Shown: piece after piece, positions 11,416-25,549 of the stretch
How the letters are laid out: every line of letters begins with the position of its first letter
Numbering within the stretch: the stretch's first letter is position 1
Assembly (NCBI GenBank): GCA_951406725.2
Contig: CATOCA020000002.1
Coordinates: forward strand, 806,001-870,000
Source of the DNA: Octopus vulgaris
Taxonomy: Eukaryota
Direction of reading: 5' to 3'
Length of the DNA stretch: 64,000 bases
Made by a program: the position numbers and the translations under genes
Notes under the pieces: generated by a model
What the model was told of the DNA's origin: nothing
The model's database searches: none
Seen by the model: only the letters and a program-made list of their open reading frames with translations

Positions 11416-12386
11416 AATGGTCACCTCCATGAATTCCTCATAATCGAATAACTGCATGCCAATTTCATTTTTCTTTTTTTTCTCTAAATTGTAGTTTAAA
11501 ATAAAAATTATTTTTCCTATTGGATTATTTTATCTATGACAGTTATATCAAAAGTAAGGTCCTTTTAAATTTATTTTGTTAGTTTCTAATTTAGCTATGT
11601 TATGAATAAACTTTGTTTTAGGAATAGACACACACACACACAAATATATAATACTATCAGTGATGATAAATAAACTAACTTTAGGTTAGTGAAAATATAT
11701 TTGTGACATACTTCTAAGAGCAAATTCACTGCAGTTACTATGAGGAAAGAATTCTCACTTATGGCAAAGGGTGTAAAAACACCATATCTTTTCACTCTCT
11801 CTCTCCCTCTCTAATGGACTTCCTTTCACTTTGTGTATTCCTCATCACTGCATTGCATTGGTACTTGTATATTTTGACCAGGCAGTCTGCGAGCACAACC
11901 AGTCACTAATATTGACTGCTCTAAGATAAAGCTATGGTTTTAGGACTGCCTTTCTTCAGTACCTCCTAAAGAAGGTTAAAAAGCCAGAAACACATCTGTT
12001 AGAGAGACACTGAGCAGATAAGGTGTTTTTACACCTTTTATCCCATGAAAAAGAATTTTTATCTCCATAGTAAATGCAGTGAATTTATCTTTAGAAGTCA
12101 AATTATGCCACAACCCATATTTTAACTAACCTGAAGTTCACGTGTGTGAGTGAGAGAAAGTTTTGTTTTATAGCAGTAAGCTATTTATGCAATCTTGTAA
12201 TAATGGCACTTTTAATTTAGTGTTTCTTGTTCTTTAAGTTCTTAAATTCAAACCAATATTAAGGACAAAATGTACATACTTTTAGTATTACTCAGCTGCA
12301 TGGTGTATTTTTTCCTTTTTTAATGTATGTATACATAAATGGAAGTGAAGTAGACACTGGACTTGGATTGTGAAGGAATTAAAGTG

Positions 12387-12434
<48 letters not shown>

Positions 12435-14398
12435 TTGTACAACTTACTTGGCATGCATATCAATTGCTTTAATAATAATTTTTCTAAAGATTATTTTTAT
12501 TTTCTAATTTTACTTTTAGTGTATGTATATACAGCAAAAAAATAATAACTTGAAATAAATTTCTTTCAATGTAGTAATTTCATTTATTTTGTAAACCAAT
12601 TACTGTTTGTGGTTTTTATCTTTTTAATTGGGTCCAAACATTACTTAGTAAACAACATAATTGAAGTTTGGCATAAGATTTTGATTATGAACACAACAGT
12701 GCTAATAATGGAATATGAACTAATTGTTTTTTTCTGATCTCAGCTTTCATGTTTTTGTTTATTCAGGTCTAGATGTATTTTTCTTCTTTCTTTTTTAAAA
12801 ATTCTTTTTAATTCAGATTACTCTGTCAGACATAATGCTTATTTATTCAAATGGTTTGAATTTATCATGCATTATCTTGTAGTTTTAAGATTTCAATAAC
12901 ATGATTGTATATTTTTAGAATAACATTCTGTGGTAGGTGTGAGAGGCTGATTCTAGTCAGTTTGAATGGGAAACGGATCTTAATGTAATTTCAGATTTGG
13001 CTACTATTTCTAGCAGGTCAAGGAAGCATGTAGTGACTTTCTCATTGTCTTGAGCTGTCGATTCTTTGGCTGGTTGGGCTCAACATTGAGTTTTCTAGGC
13101 AAGCCTTAACTCTTTTGGAATGCTGAATTTGTTTGTATTTTTTATAGTGTCGAAAATTGATTTTTTTTTCATACAAAAAGGAAATTGTAACACATCTTAC
13201 ATGAGACCTTTTATTTAATTTTACACCATTTACCAGAATATTTGCAACATACTGCTGTTTATCCCAGATTTATTTGGATTTTCCTCCTTTTTTGCATCTC
13301 CTTTTTCTCCCAGGCAAATATTAAGCAGTTGAGACACATTTCCCCTTAGCTAGACAGGCAATCCCCCCCCCTTTTTTTTTATTTTTTAAATTTTACCTTT
13401 TTTTATATTAACCCATCACTACAAGACTATCCTCATACCTGTGGTGTGCTGAACTTCCTTTATCTACAGCAACTTATTACTGAGTCGACAACAATTAAGT
13501 CTCTTTAGCAACACATACACAGTACAGTGAGAAGGTATTAATTATTGACCCTTCAGTGAGCAGGCTAGCAATTTTTCACAGTCACCATCTTCAACATTGC
13601 ATGTTTCAACAATGCTGGTAAAAAGAAAATAAATAAAACTCCAATCAAGTAGCCAAACAAATCTCTTACATTTCACTATATAGGAAGTAGATACTCACTC
13701 TGCAGTTGTATGGTTTCAATGCTATACCACTGCACAGTACCTTGAGCAAATGTCTTTTATCATAGCTTTGGGTCAACCGATGCTTTTTTAATTAAATTTG
13801 GTAAATGACCTGGAGTCTAGTCTGTTGAAAACATTTGATCAGGTTCTCTGATCAGAAGACAACCGCCCCACCGCCATCACCACCAGTTTCTCTGGCTAGA
13901 TTATAAACAAAAAAATTCTGAAGTGGAGTGCTGTTTTTTATTTATTTACAAAAACTTAGTTTTTGCATAATTTTTTTTTAAGGCATGGAAAGTAGTGTGT
14001 ACACTAATGTTCACAATACATTGGCAGCAGCAGGGTTTGTATTTGTGTAAGTCTAGTAATTCATTGAGTCACAGCTACATCAGTAGAAGGGATCTGCTGC
14101 TCCTTCCTCTATAGACAACTTGCACAACCAGCTCAGCTAAGGAAACAAAATTCTGACATTATTATTTACTTACTTTTTTTGTGTGTATTATTGTTCACAT
14201 TTTTTTCATGTTTTGAATGACTCAGTTGCATTCTATTTCTCTTTTATAAGTGAACGTACAAGCTGGTCAGATCTTTTCATTTGGGGCTTCAATGCTTAAA
14301 AGCAAAGCTAAATTAGATTTAAAATCAAATCATTTTCCTGCATAAAATTTTAAAGGGGAAATTTAATTAATCTATACTTAATTTGATATTTTTCTTTT

Positions 14399-15082
14399 CT
14401 AGTAGCTTTTCCTAATGCGTGATTTGACTATGTCCATTAAAGAGCAAGTGTTTTCTGTAACAATACCTTGTTTGTGGAGATTCTGAAGTTGTGCTTCCAT
14501 ATTCCTTTTGTCTTTACCTAAAGTCCAGCACACCCGAATGGAGAGCTGTAGAAGAGCAACATAGATGGTATTGTCTACAATGTCAAAGTTTTGCATGCAG
14601 TTGAGTGCTGTCTCTGCATACCGATGAGCCATATAAGGTCGGTCTAGTTGATGGTAACAAGCAGCTATTGCACATAGGGTCAACATGACATCTGGGTGAG
14701 CATCTGAATGTACCTTCTCTTGGATGGGAAGATACTTTTCCATCAAAGGAATTGCTTGAGAGTATTTATGGTCATTTATTAGGCTATAGGCAGTCTGCAG
14801 TTCTTTTAGGTAGAAAAAATTAGCAAATTCTTCTGAATATCGTATTTCAGAAATAGAGAAAATGTGAGTGAGATACTGTTCGAATGCTCTGCTACGACGA
14901 GCAATTGTCTCACTAGTGAAGTTACCTGTTAGAAGTTTTTTAGGGAAGAAAATGTCTTCCATCTTATGGGGAATCTTCTTTTTCAACCTGTGGTGAAGCT
15001 TTGCAAAATCAGAGTAACGTTTCTCTATCATGGTTGGCATTTTATCAATCCCAGAGTTCTTGCTGATTAGCACTGTGTACAT
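14399..15082 (-). CDS. SNX21: Sorting nexin 20/21-like, exon 3 (rest of PX domain + TPR-like PXB domain)
   Basis: IEKRYSDFAKLH..FPKKLLTGNFTSETIARRSRAFEQYL PX motif; TTTCAATTATAG|ATG acceptor, phase 0; stop at 14399. Confidence 0.9.
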   Translation of the reverse strand: MYTVLISKNSGIDKMPTMIEKRYSDFAKLHHRLKKKIPHKMEDIFFPKKLLTGNFTSETIARRSRAFEQYLTHIFSISEIRYSEEFANFFYLKELQTAYSLINDHKYSQAIPLMEKYLPIQEKVHSDAHPDVMLTLCAIAACYHQLDRPYMAHRYAETALNCMQNFDIVDNTIYVALLQLSIRVCWTLGKDKRNMEAQLQNLHKQGIVTENTCSLMDIVKSRIRKSY

Positions 15083-15749
15083 CTATAATTGAAACAAACA
15101 GAAGCAGTTAAATTATCAAATATCTGAATCATTGCTGCCATCCTCACAAAATATTGGGTTCTTACTCAAGTCCAGTTTTTTGTAGGGGCGGGGTATTGTC
15201 TATCTTACTCAATTAGATATATACAATCATATAGTTTTGAGTTTAATCTCATTGCATGGTACCTTGGTGAATACTTCAGTAGTGAAGGCATGTGGGTTAG
15301 TGGTTAGGGTACTTGGCTCATGATTATAAGGTCAGGAGTTCAATTCCTGGTGACATTTTGTGTCCTTGTGGAAGACGCTTTATTTCATGTTGCTCTAATC
15401 ATTTCAGCTGGCAAAAATGAGTTGTACCTGTAATTCAAAGAGTCAGCCTTGTCACATTCTGAGTTATGCTGAATCTCCCTAAGAACTATGTTTAATTTCA
15501 CAAGCAGGCTCAACTAGAACCCTCACTGATGGAGTGCCAGTTACTTTGAAAGGAAATCTGAAAGCTCCTGTCAAGGACTGTGTCTGTTTTGGGATGGTTG
15601 ACTTGACTTACCACCTAGTCTTTGGGTGGCTTGACCCTAGTTGTCTTCATTCTGAGGATTTCTTATTCCAACTAGTCTCAAGTTGTACAAGAGGTCACGA
15701 GTTGTCCTTCCTCTGCATTGAACCATTAAAAAGTATTATCAATCTTATA

Positions 15750-16190
15750 ATCTGTAGATGAGGTAGACCGAGGACATCATGGGACAAGGTGGTGTAGCAT
15801 GATCTTTGAATGTTGGGCCTCACAGAGGCAATGACAAGCGACTGAGAGCTTTGGAAGACCTGTCAAACCAAGTGAGACCGTTGCTGTGGCTGATGCCAGT
15901 GCTATCTAACTGGCATGTAAAAAGCACCGTTGGAATTTTGGGCCTCATGGAAGCAGTGACAGGTGACCAAGACCTTTGGCAATATACCGTGCTTGTGTAG
16001 ACCTGTCAAGCTAAGTGAGACTGTAGTCGTGGCTGATACCAGTAGCACATGAAAAAACATTCACTACACTCTTGGAGTGGTTGGCATTAGGAAGGGCATC
16101 CAGCCATAGAAACTTTGCCAAATCAAATCAATTTTCAGTCAAACCATCCAGCCCATGCCAGCATGGAAAACAGACATTAAATGATGATGT
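15750..16190 (+). mobile_element. RTE LINE 3' fragment
   Basis: GRPRTSWDKVV remnant, same 3'UTR and GATGATG tail as 9060-9533. Confidence 0.75.
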
Positions 16191-16274
16191 TGAACCTTGA
16201 TACATTTTGAATTTAAAATGTAGAGGGATGAGACTATATTGTATTGCATTAGGCATGGCTCTTTAATTCTACTG

Positions 16275-16400
16275 AATTTCCATCAGGAATTGTTTGAGAG
16301 TATCTATGATCATTTATTAGGCTACTGGCAGTCTGGACTTCTTTTAAGTAGAAAAAATGACAAAATTCTTCTGAATATCATATTTCAGAAATGGAGAAAA
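16275..16400 (-). pseudogene. Degenerate intronic duplicate of part of SNX21-like exon 3
   Basis: TTTCCATCAGGAATTGTTTGAGAGTATCTATGATCATTTATTAGGCTA...TTCTTCTGAATATCATATTTCAGAAATGGAGAAAA aligns with 14737-14862. Confidence 0.8.
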
Positions 16401-17105
16401 GTTCTTCAGAGTTGCTATGATTGTATCAGAAAATAGAGGTAAGTGTGTACATGGTAATAGTTGAGCTTCCAGTACTAGCTATTTCTAGATAAGTTGTCTC
16501 TAACTAGTTTGGATTCCCATTTATACTGTTAACACTGATGCTGATAGACTGAAATTGCACCATTTTCGTTGACCAAATCATTTTATGTTCTTGTACATAA
16601 CCAACCTTACAAAGCTTTACAAAGGAGATTTTATGAGGTTACCTGACCTGCTGGAATGTAATTTGAAGGAAATTTGGCTGCTACTTCTAGCAGCCAAATT
16701 TCCTTCAAATTACACTATCCCACCTAGGAAACAAAAGGAAATTTAGCTGCTATTTTTAGTATGTTGAGTGAACATGCAGATGTTTTTATACTGGTGCAAT
16801 TTGATCATGAGAAAATCCATTATTAGCTTTTTATTCTACACTACCACAATTGTTGCTGGGGAATTTCAGAAAAGACACCACCAGTTGTCTTTCTTACCTC
16901 GAAGTTAGATTCACCTTTAGCTTTGGATAAGAGCTGTATGTATGTTACTGTTAATGGACAACATGCCATTCCAGCTCATACATCACATACTTCTGCTAAC
17001 AGGTGGATTCTTCCTTGGCTATAAGGGATTCTCCAGTAATAAAACCAAAGGGAGATAAAACGTCAGAAGTTGAGAAATATCAATGACAAAAAAGAGCTAA
17101 CTCAC

Positions 17106-17221
17106 CACAAATGAGGAACGTCCCTGTTTGACTTTATCAGCTGAAGTCACTTCAAAATTGACTCGCTCATTTCCATAATATTGCCCATCAAATGGTACTC
17201 GATCTGGATAAGATGCCGGTT
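17106..17221 (-). CDS. SNX21: Sorting nexin 20/21-like, exon 2 (116 nt; start of PX domain)
   Basis: CTTTACAG acceptor and GTG|GTGAG donor; (E)PASYPDRVPFDGQYYGNERVNFEVTSADKVKQGRSSFV; phases 1 and 0 fit both neighbouring exons. Confidence 0.85.
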
Positions 17222-17639
17222 CTGTAAAGGAAGGTGGTATTTGGCATGTAATTCCCTACAAAACGTCATGTCTATAGTATTGGCTAAAATAGAGTAGTAC
17301 TGCAAAGTAATATTTGGTAAGAAGGGCTAGCAAAGTTAGATGTAATTAGAACATATACAGTACTCAAACTAAGCCATGAAAGAACCTCCATAGTCATTTG
17401 ACTTACAAGGAACCAAATTTCCTCAAATCACACTCTACTATCTTGAAAAGGGAGGATTACAAAATGACAATGATATTAGCTGTAACTCTTTTGATCATAT
17501 TGTATACCTGTTCAACCAGGGTTGATTTAGGGCTCAGCTACTACTGATCCAGAAATCCAGTAACTTAGACACTCAAACACAGTAGGTTAATAGAACTGTT
17601 CCTTAAAAATCTCAGATAACTGGTTTTGTTCAACAAAAG

Positions 17640-20050
17640 ACAACATTATCATTCACTTCAGTGGACGTGTTGGGAAGCTCTTTGATAGATTTCATGGCAG
17701 TTACAGCCTTGGTTCTAGAAATGAGGGAACAAAGCTGCTGGAGTTTTGTGATGCAAATGACTTGCTTGATTTGCAATACTGATTTCAGGAAACCTGCCAG
17801 CCATCTGATCACCTATCTATCTGGTGAGTAAACAAGCGAGATTGACTACATTCTCACTAGAAACATGCATGGATGCAAAATCCTTCTTAGGTGAAGAATG
17901 TACAACTCTTCATACGTTAGTGGTTAGTGACCTATAGCTAAAAGGGCCTAGAGAGACAAACCAATATGGAAAAGGTTATGGAAGCTCAAGGATCTTTCAA
18001 GCTAGAGATTTAGCAATGTTCTAAATGAAGCATTTGATGAAAAAAAGGAAGAGATAAAGACATAACATAAAAGACAACTTGGAAGTTCTTATGGAATAAC
18101 CTAATAAGGATGACAATCTGTGGCTGGAGCAAATCTGCTGCCAGACTAATGGTGGTGGAATAGTGAGGTTGATAGGACCACAAAAGAGAAGAGATGGGTC
18201 TGGAGAAAGTGGAAAGTTGGGGGTAGCGAAAAACCATATCAGGTAGCTAAAAGGGAATCTTGGTGACAGGTTTATCTAGCTAGAGCAGAAGTAGAAAGAA
18301 AGGGTTTGCCATTGTCTTACAGTATGAAGATCAGAGACTTGAGGTGTTCTGGACAACTAGACAGTGTGTAGGAATGGATAATGTTATACTTGCACTTAGT
18401 GATTCAGAAAAGAAAGAGGCATGGAAGAGATACTATGAAAGCCTATTAAATGTGGAGAAAGAAAGGGTGTCTCCTCTATGTGAAATCAACAGAAGCACCA
18501 GCAGTGTGATGGCAATTTAAGATATGAAGACAGAAAGCCCCTGGTCCATCAGGATTTACTTCTTAAAATATCTGGTGGAGTAGGATACAGTCTAGTCACC
18601 TGTATAGTTAATAAAGTTATTCAGGAAGGCATGACTACCCACCAATGACTGGTATAGCAGCATCATTGTCATCTGCTACAAGGGTAAGGGAGATGCCTCA
18701 GATAGAAGTAGAGATATCAAATTGCTGGACCAGGTGATGAAAGTTGTGGAGAGAGATAGAGGTTATAATCCAATTAATTAGGCTAGATTAAATGAGTGTG
18801 GCTTTGTGCAGGAGAGAAGGACTTCTGATGCTATCTTCGTAGTCAAGCAACTGCAAGAGAAGAATTTAGCTAAGAATAATCTGTTATACTTGTCATTTGT
18901 TGATTTGGAAAATCTTCAAAAGAGTAACTTACTCAGTGATATGGTGGTCTCCGAGGATGTTAGGATTGTGAAAGTGGTACAAGAGTAAGTTAAGAGTTAG
19001 CCATTAGTAGTGATGAATTTAGGGTACAGGTAGGTGTTCACCAAGGCTCAGTTCTCCCCCCCCCCCTCTTCAGTGTCCTCCAGGCCATAACAGGAATTTA
19101 AGTCTGGATTCCCATGGGAACTACTATATGCTGATGATCTTGCTCTCATAGAAGAATCTGAAACTGACTAGAAAATAAATTCTAGGTATGGAAGCAAAAC
19201 TTGAAATCAAAGGGTCTTAAGGCTGTCTTAGCAAAGATCAAGGTCCTAGTAAGCAAGAGAAAAGACAGGAACTTATCCCCTTTAAGTAAATGGCTCTGCT
19301 CAATATATAGGACAGATGTAGGCAGGATTTCTATTTGGTGTACCCAGTGCAAGCTATGGATAAAAGAAGTGCTGTAGAATCACATGAACTTTGAGAGAAA
19401 GTGCTTGTGTGTAGAATATGCATGATTTCTTCATATGCCCCAGAAGATCTCTAGAGGGTGTAGGTAGTTTTTATTACATATGTGATTTAAGTAACAGTGG
19501 AGAAGGATGTTCCAAAAGTGTAATTACTAGATTAAGAACAGGATGGAAAAAAATTCAGAGAACTTTTAGTGCTGTTGGCAACTAAAGGTCTCTCACTCTC
19601 CAAATGAAAAAATGATTGTATGGTGCTTGTGTACGAATTATGTTACATGGTAATGAGATGTAGGCCCTGAGTGCAATAGACATGCGAAGACTAGAGAGAG
19701 ATGAAACTAGTATGCTCCTTTGGAAATGCAATGTCAGTGTACATGTATGACAGTGCTAGTATATTGAGAGAAAAGTTAGGTATAAGAGGAATTAGATGTA
19801 GAATGCAAGAAAGAAAACTGCATTGATTTGGTCTTGTGATGCATATGGACAAGGATAGTTGCATAAAGAAATACTAGTCACTTAAAGAGGATGGAATGTG
19901 TGGAAGACAGAAATCCATGAAGACATGGGAAAAAGTATTGAGAGCTGATCTCAAGATGCTGAACCTTAAGGAGGAAATGACTAAGGAATGAGATATCTGG
20001 CACCTTGCTGCACTTGAGAAACCTGACCATCACAACAGAATCAATATCAT
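17640..20050 (+). mobile_element. Old, heavily decayed RTE LINE (endonuclease end + RT)
   Basis: Remnants RNEGTKLLEFCD, IDYIL, YKGKGDA, TSDAIFVVKQLQEK, VGVHQGSVL, ELLYADDLAL; many stops. Confidence 0.85.
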
Positions 20051-21321
20051 AAAACCACCTTGATAAATGCATGTACATGTGAAGTTGTGTCTCACTGCCT
20101 TGTCAATCTTCCTTCACATCTCATTCCCTAATACTTATCACCTCTTTATCTCTGATATTATCCAGCATCCATCTAGAGAGCAAAATAGGCACATACTATA
20201 GACATTCTCCCTCCCTTTCATTACCTTCCTCTTTCCTCCCATTTCAGAACCACTTCCTTGCCTCATATCTTCCTCCAGCCATTCTCACTCTTCTCTGCTA
20301 TACTCCATCCTTAACACCTCTTTCATATCCTCTCACTCCCAATATCCTCACATATTTAACAAACCCCTGAACCACTCCTATACCTCTCACCTTCCATTAC
20401 CTCAATCCCATCTAACCATTTCCCCTCACAATCTTACGGAATTTTCCCTTGCCCACTCACCCAGTCCAATCCTTGGTATCACTCCACTTATATTCACCCC
20501 AACAAATTTGAAGTTATGTTGACATAAATCATCCTGCAGCTCTACTTTTGAAAAATAAAAAATTCTTTACTTGGAAAACAGATATAGGTGACTGGCAGGA
20601 AAGAGAAATGGTTGTAATAATGCCCCAGTAATAAATAATCATCCAAATCTTACTGACAGGGGAAAATATGTAAAACAAATATATACCTAACAAGCTTTTG
20701 TACAGTTTCCATTGACCAAATTTCACTTAGAGGGCAACTAGAATTTCTAGTAGAAGACACTTGCTCAAAGTGCCATGCTGTAGGATGAAACCCAAAACCA
20801 CAATATTATGAAACAAGCTTCTACACAGCTCACATGTACCAAAATCCATTCATGAGACTTTGGTAGAAGGCAATTGTGCAAAGAGCAATGAAGTGGGAGT
20901 GTATCCAAAACAAATTTCTTATTCCCTCACAGTCATCATGCTTGCACCCATGTGTTCAGTTAATTTTTCTTTTGCAACTATTATTGTTAACACTTGCCCA
21001 CTCTTTTTATTATTTGCACTCATTTTTCTTTACTTGCATGAGTTGAGTTAGTAATTAAGCTGCATGCCCTTTCAACTTGTTTTTATCAATCAGGCAAACT
21101 AGAAACAGAAAGTTGTGTCTTGCCCAATGGTATACAGCTAAAAAAATTTGAAAACGACAAGGAAGCTTCTACATGGTGACATGATTTTATTCAAATCTTC
21201 AAACCATGCTTTTTTGTCTTAAAAACAAAGACAATTTAGATAATACAGTTCTATATTTAAGAGATGAGAAATTATGTACATTATTTACAATTGATGGCTA
21301 TTTGTCCTCATCTTGTTTGTT

Positions 21322-21367
21322 AACACAACGTTTTGGCTGATATACCCTCCAGCCTTCATCAGGTGTC
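21322..21367 (-). ncRNA. Minimal type I hammerhead motif, likely inactivated (G12>A), in a Penelope-type repeat (~21250-21600)
   Basis: Minus: GACAC-CUGAUGA-A-GGCUG(GAGGGUAUAU)CAGCC-AAAA-CG-UU/GUGUU. Confidence 0.65.
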
Positions 21368-22959
21368 TTGGGGAAATTTCAAACCTGGGTTCTCATCCCT
21401 AAGGTATTTTTTGATGTTGTTATTATTATTATTATTATTGTTCAAGTCACTGCCTGGAAATGAACTCGGAATCTTGGGGTTAAAAACGTGGGCTACTAAC
21501 CCCAAGATTCCGAGTAGCTCTAGGACAATTCTGTTTGACAGATCTATGATCAAATACATTCCTGCCATGACCATCACCCTTTTTAGGAGTATATAGTACC
21601 ACATTATCTTTAATGTATCCTTGCTTTTTTTTAAAGTCAGTGGAGTATGATTCAAGAAAGATCTGGTTGCTCTTTATAGCTATTCAAGTGACTGTGTTGT
21701 AGATTCAGTATGTACCAGTAATGTATTGGTGTTGGTAAGGCAAGTGTTTTCCTTATTATTGTGTGTATATCTTTTGCCTATTTATATCATCAAAAGGTGT
21801 AAATATCAGCAACAAAACTAAAAATAACTATTCAAAAAATTGTGTGAGATTGCCTAAGTTGCACAGACTATCCCTTGATTTTGACAAATTGATCATGGCT
21901 GGAATGCCTTTGATTTATCACAGCTGAAGAACAACAGAGGTGAAGGAATCAACTCCAGTAGGGTATGAGTTAGTAAGTATATATGCATACATGTATGTAG
22001 ATAGAAAGGTAGGTTGTTTTGTTTTGTTTGCTTTTCTTATTCTAATTTATATTGGAGGTACTGGAGGTGGGGAAATAAAATGTGAGGTTCATGATTTACC
22101 AAAAGTAATAGATAAGACCCCTTCCTCTAGATAAAAACCAATAAAAAGTGTCTGTGGCTCTATATGCAGGAACAGAAAGGGCCTGGGACACTGATACTGT
22201 ATGGTTGTTGCTGCAATTTGATAGAAGCTTCCTTTGATTCGGCACATTGCCAATCTTGGAAGGAGACAGGTATGATCTATTGAATTGTGTACTAATATAT
22301 TACTGGTACATATGTCATCAATACCCTCATAGGTAGGTGGGAGACATAAAACATAGATAACTAAAGCAGAATGTGAACTCAAAACAGATATCAAATGCAG
22401 ATAATGTAAACCTTTTGATTGTTTCCATCAATCTATATAATTATTTAATGAATAGTCAGTATTTTTAGACCATTGGACATACTCCCAAGAGGGTTTTAGT
22501 TATGGTCCTTTCAGAGTTCAAATCCTGCTGAGGTTAACTGTGGCTTTTGATCTTCCATGATTGATAAATTAAAGTACCAGTTAATTACTGGGGTTAATGT
22601 AATCAATGATACATTCCTACCAAATTTCTGGTCTTGAGATTTAGTAGGAAGTTACTAAGAAATGTTATTTGGTAAGCATCAGATAAAATGGAAAAATGGA
22701 TGATAAATGATAATGATAGTTGAGTAGTCTTGTTATCTGTTAGGGTGCAGAAATTTCCAAAGTATAACATTTGATATAGCTCAGTTTTCAGCCCAACAGC
22801 AAAGCCTACCTTGCATTGAGTATCAATGGTAGAATTATGTGAAATGTGTTAACCCTATCCAAGTCAATTACATCCCCCCCTTAAATTTCTAGCCTTGTGC
22901 CTATATAAAAAAGTATTAGCATCTCCAGTATTGTTTACCTAACTATCAAGCTTTGCTCC

Positions 22960-24050
22960 AATTACTATGTGATTAGATTGGAGCATCTACTATTCAAGTT
23001 CTAAAAAGGATGTATTCCACTAGTTGGCACCCTCAATCTGGCAAGCTAGGCATGCGATGGCTGCTGATCTGTCGACACTGAGGTTGCGCCACCAACATGG
23101 ATTCCTAGACAGTAATTAGGTGTGGTCACAGTCCATGAGACATACTTTTCCATATGGAGCTGCAGTCTTGGATGTAGCCAAAGGTGAATCTGGGCACCTG
23201 AAGTTTATAATGAAGTTGGGCACTCAGCCCTCTGTCAACTGGGCAACAGGATTGGTGGATGTTCCACTCTAGCAATTTATAGAGAATTAGTAGTAGGGAA
23301 GAGTAAAAACATTCTTGAGGAAGCTCTGAGTATTGATAAAAATGAATTGGTTTGACTGGTCTATAGGATTTTCAGTTCAAGGGCTCATGGATAACTTCTT
23401 GAAGTCCTTAGCTTGCCAGTGTTAGCGAGAGGCTCTATCAGTTCAAGATCAACTCTATAGGCAGACCTGTTTTCACACAGAGCAATAAAACCATTCTGCA
23501 TGCAATGTCTGGTCATTGATGACTTTTGGAATTATGCTGAACAGATGCTGTTGCATGTTGGGTGGATCAGGCTATCAGCAGAGTCCATTGTGATGATTGC
23601 CCTGCAAGCTTCCTTTAACTGGGCAGGGAAGGCAATTTTCTTTTGTCTGGTGACTATAATGAAAGAAGTTGAGTGGTGGACAAGGTTGAAAGGTCTGAGG
23701 ACAGAGACTTTGCTCTTTGGTAGAGCCTTCTGGTTTCACGGGGAAATGAGAATAAGGACAGCGAAAGGAGGTGGTCTCCTAGAATAAATAATTTGAAGAG
23801 TTAGTGTAAGTGGTGAATCATGGCAAGAGTTGATGACACTGTTCTAAGTTTAAGAACAGCATTTACAGAGGGATCTTACCCTTGGCATTCAATGTGATTT
23901 TATATCTGTGGAGGCCTTTGAATGGCCCTAGATGAAAGTCCTCCTGGATCAGGTTGTATCATTATCTTTCATTATTTGTATACCATCCATACTTTTATTT
24001 CATGTTTTTTTTTTCATTGGATTTTTCAAAGTAAACCCCCATTTTAGACG
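22960..24050 (+). mobile_element. Decayed L1/Tx1-like LINE 3' fragment
   Basis: ORF 23500-23787 resembles 54487-54843 (GWIRLSAESIVMIA..MKEVEWWTRLKG vs RVQLSSKSVMKIV..AKEVVWKTRVKG). Confidence 0.65.
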
Positions 24051-24696
24051 TGTAAAACTTTGCCCCCTCATCCATCATCCTGGAGGCAAATGAAGTTACC
24101 GTTATTATGCCAGTAGAAAATGATAACTATGGTTGTGGTGTCAATGTTAGACGATAGTATTGATTTTGATTCTTTGGTGGCAGGTTTTCCATTAGCTTGT
24201 TTTACAGAGGTGGACGTTGAGGGTATTATGTATTTCTTCAAGAGCCAAGCAAAAACTACCGATTTGGAACACATTGAAAGATATCAACACTAAAGTATCT
24301 CGGCAAAATAATGAACACGCACTTACACGCACATTCCTATTTTGACTACATACATTGAACTAGCAATACTATAATAAAAGCAAGTTGATAGAAAAGTTGA
24401 CAAGGTTAAATGCATGTATATATGTACGTATCATTTTTTATGTATGCACGTATGTGTACGTAAACGTACATTCTATATAGTATTGAGTGCTTTTTATAGA
24501 ACACCACACATACACCAGACATATATAAACATACATTTATCCATTTCTACATGAAGCACAAGGCCCGAAATTTTTGGGGGAGGGGGTCAGTTGATTAGAT
24601 TCAACTCAGTACGCAACTGGTACTTAATTTATCGACCCCGAAAGGATGAAAGGCAAAGTCAACCTCGGCGGAATTTGAACTCAGAATGTAAAGATA

Positions 24697-24768
<72 letters not shown>

Positions 24769-25315
24769 TATATAAGCATACATTTATCAATACACATTTG
24801 TGCATGCGTTATTTGTGCGCGCGCGCACACACATTAATACATACGCACATGCATGCATACATACATATATCGTATGAAATATACTTTTACGGAAGTGATA
24901 CTTCTCAATTAGGTATAGAAATTTCTTTTAGGATATATAAATTATTTTTGTGCATTTATCTACATATGTATATATGTGAGGGAGAGAGAGAGAGGTGGAA
25001 ATTAATACATATGTGCATAAAATAATCTATTTCTAAAGAAAATGTCTAAAGATATAATGAAAAAAATTATTACGGGCGTAAAAAGAAACATTTTGTATAT
25101 ATACACATTCAAGCGTACATACATACACACACACAGGTATTACATTTAGCACTATCAATTTTACATTCTATATAGTATTGAGAGCTTTTTCACTTTATAC
25201 TTGAAAATCTTTTTGTATAATTTACATGCATGTCTACGTAATGCACACACGCAAATATAAAAATATACAGGTATGTTCGCTTAAACACTTATATACCTGC
25301 ACGTGTGTGTATGTG

Positions 25316-25384
<69 letters not shown>

Positions 25385-25549
25385 GTATGTATACACACAC
25401 ACACTGTGTGTGCGTATGTATATATACACCCACTAACACATAGATAGACAACACACACACATGCATATGTGGATGGGTGGGTATGTTCGAATCTATGTGT
25501 ATCATTTATCTACGTACGTACATATATGTATATATGCATGGATAAGCAC

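Noticed and set aside
24068-24274. Possible extra SNX21-like exon (phase-1 donor AACG|GTAACT)
   Set aside because: Acceptor is weak and ambiguous, no recognisable homology, and exons 1-2 already join in frame; needs RNA-seq
24591-25505. Numerous ORFs rich in YI/CV/HT/RE repeats (also at 32-33, 37-43, 49, 53 and 61-62 kb)
   Set aside because: Translations of microsatellites, not genes
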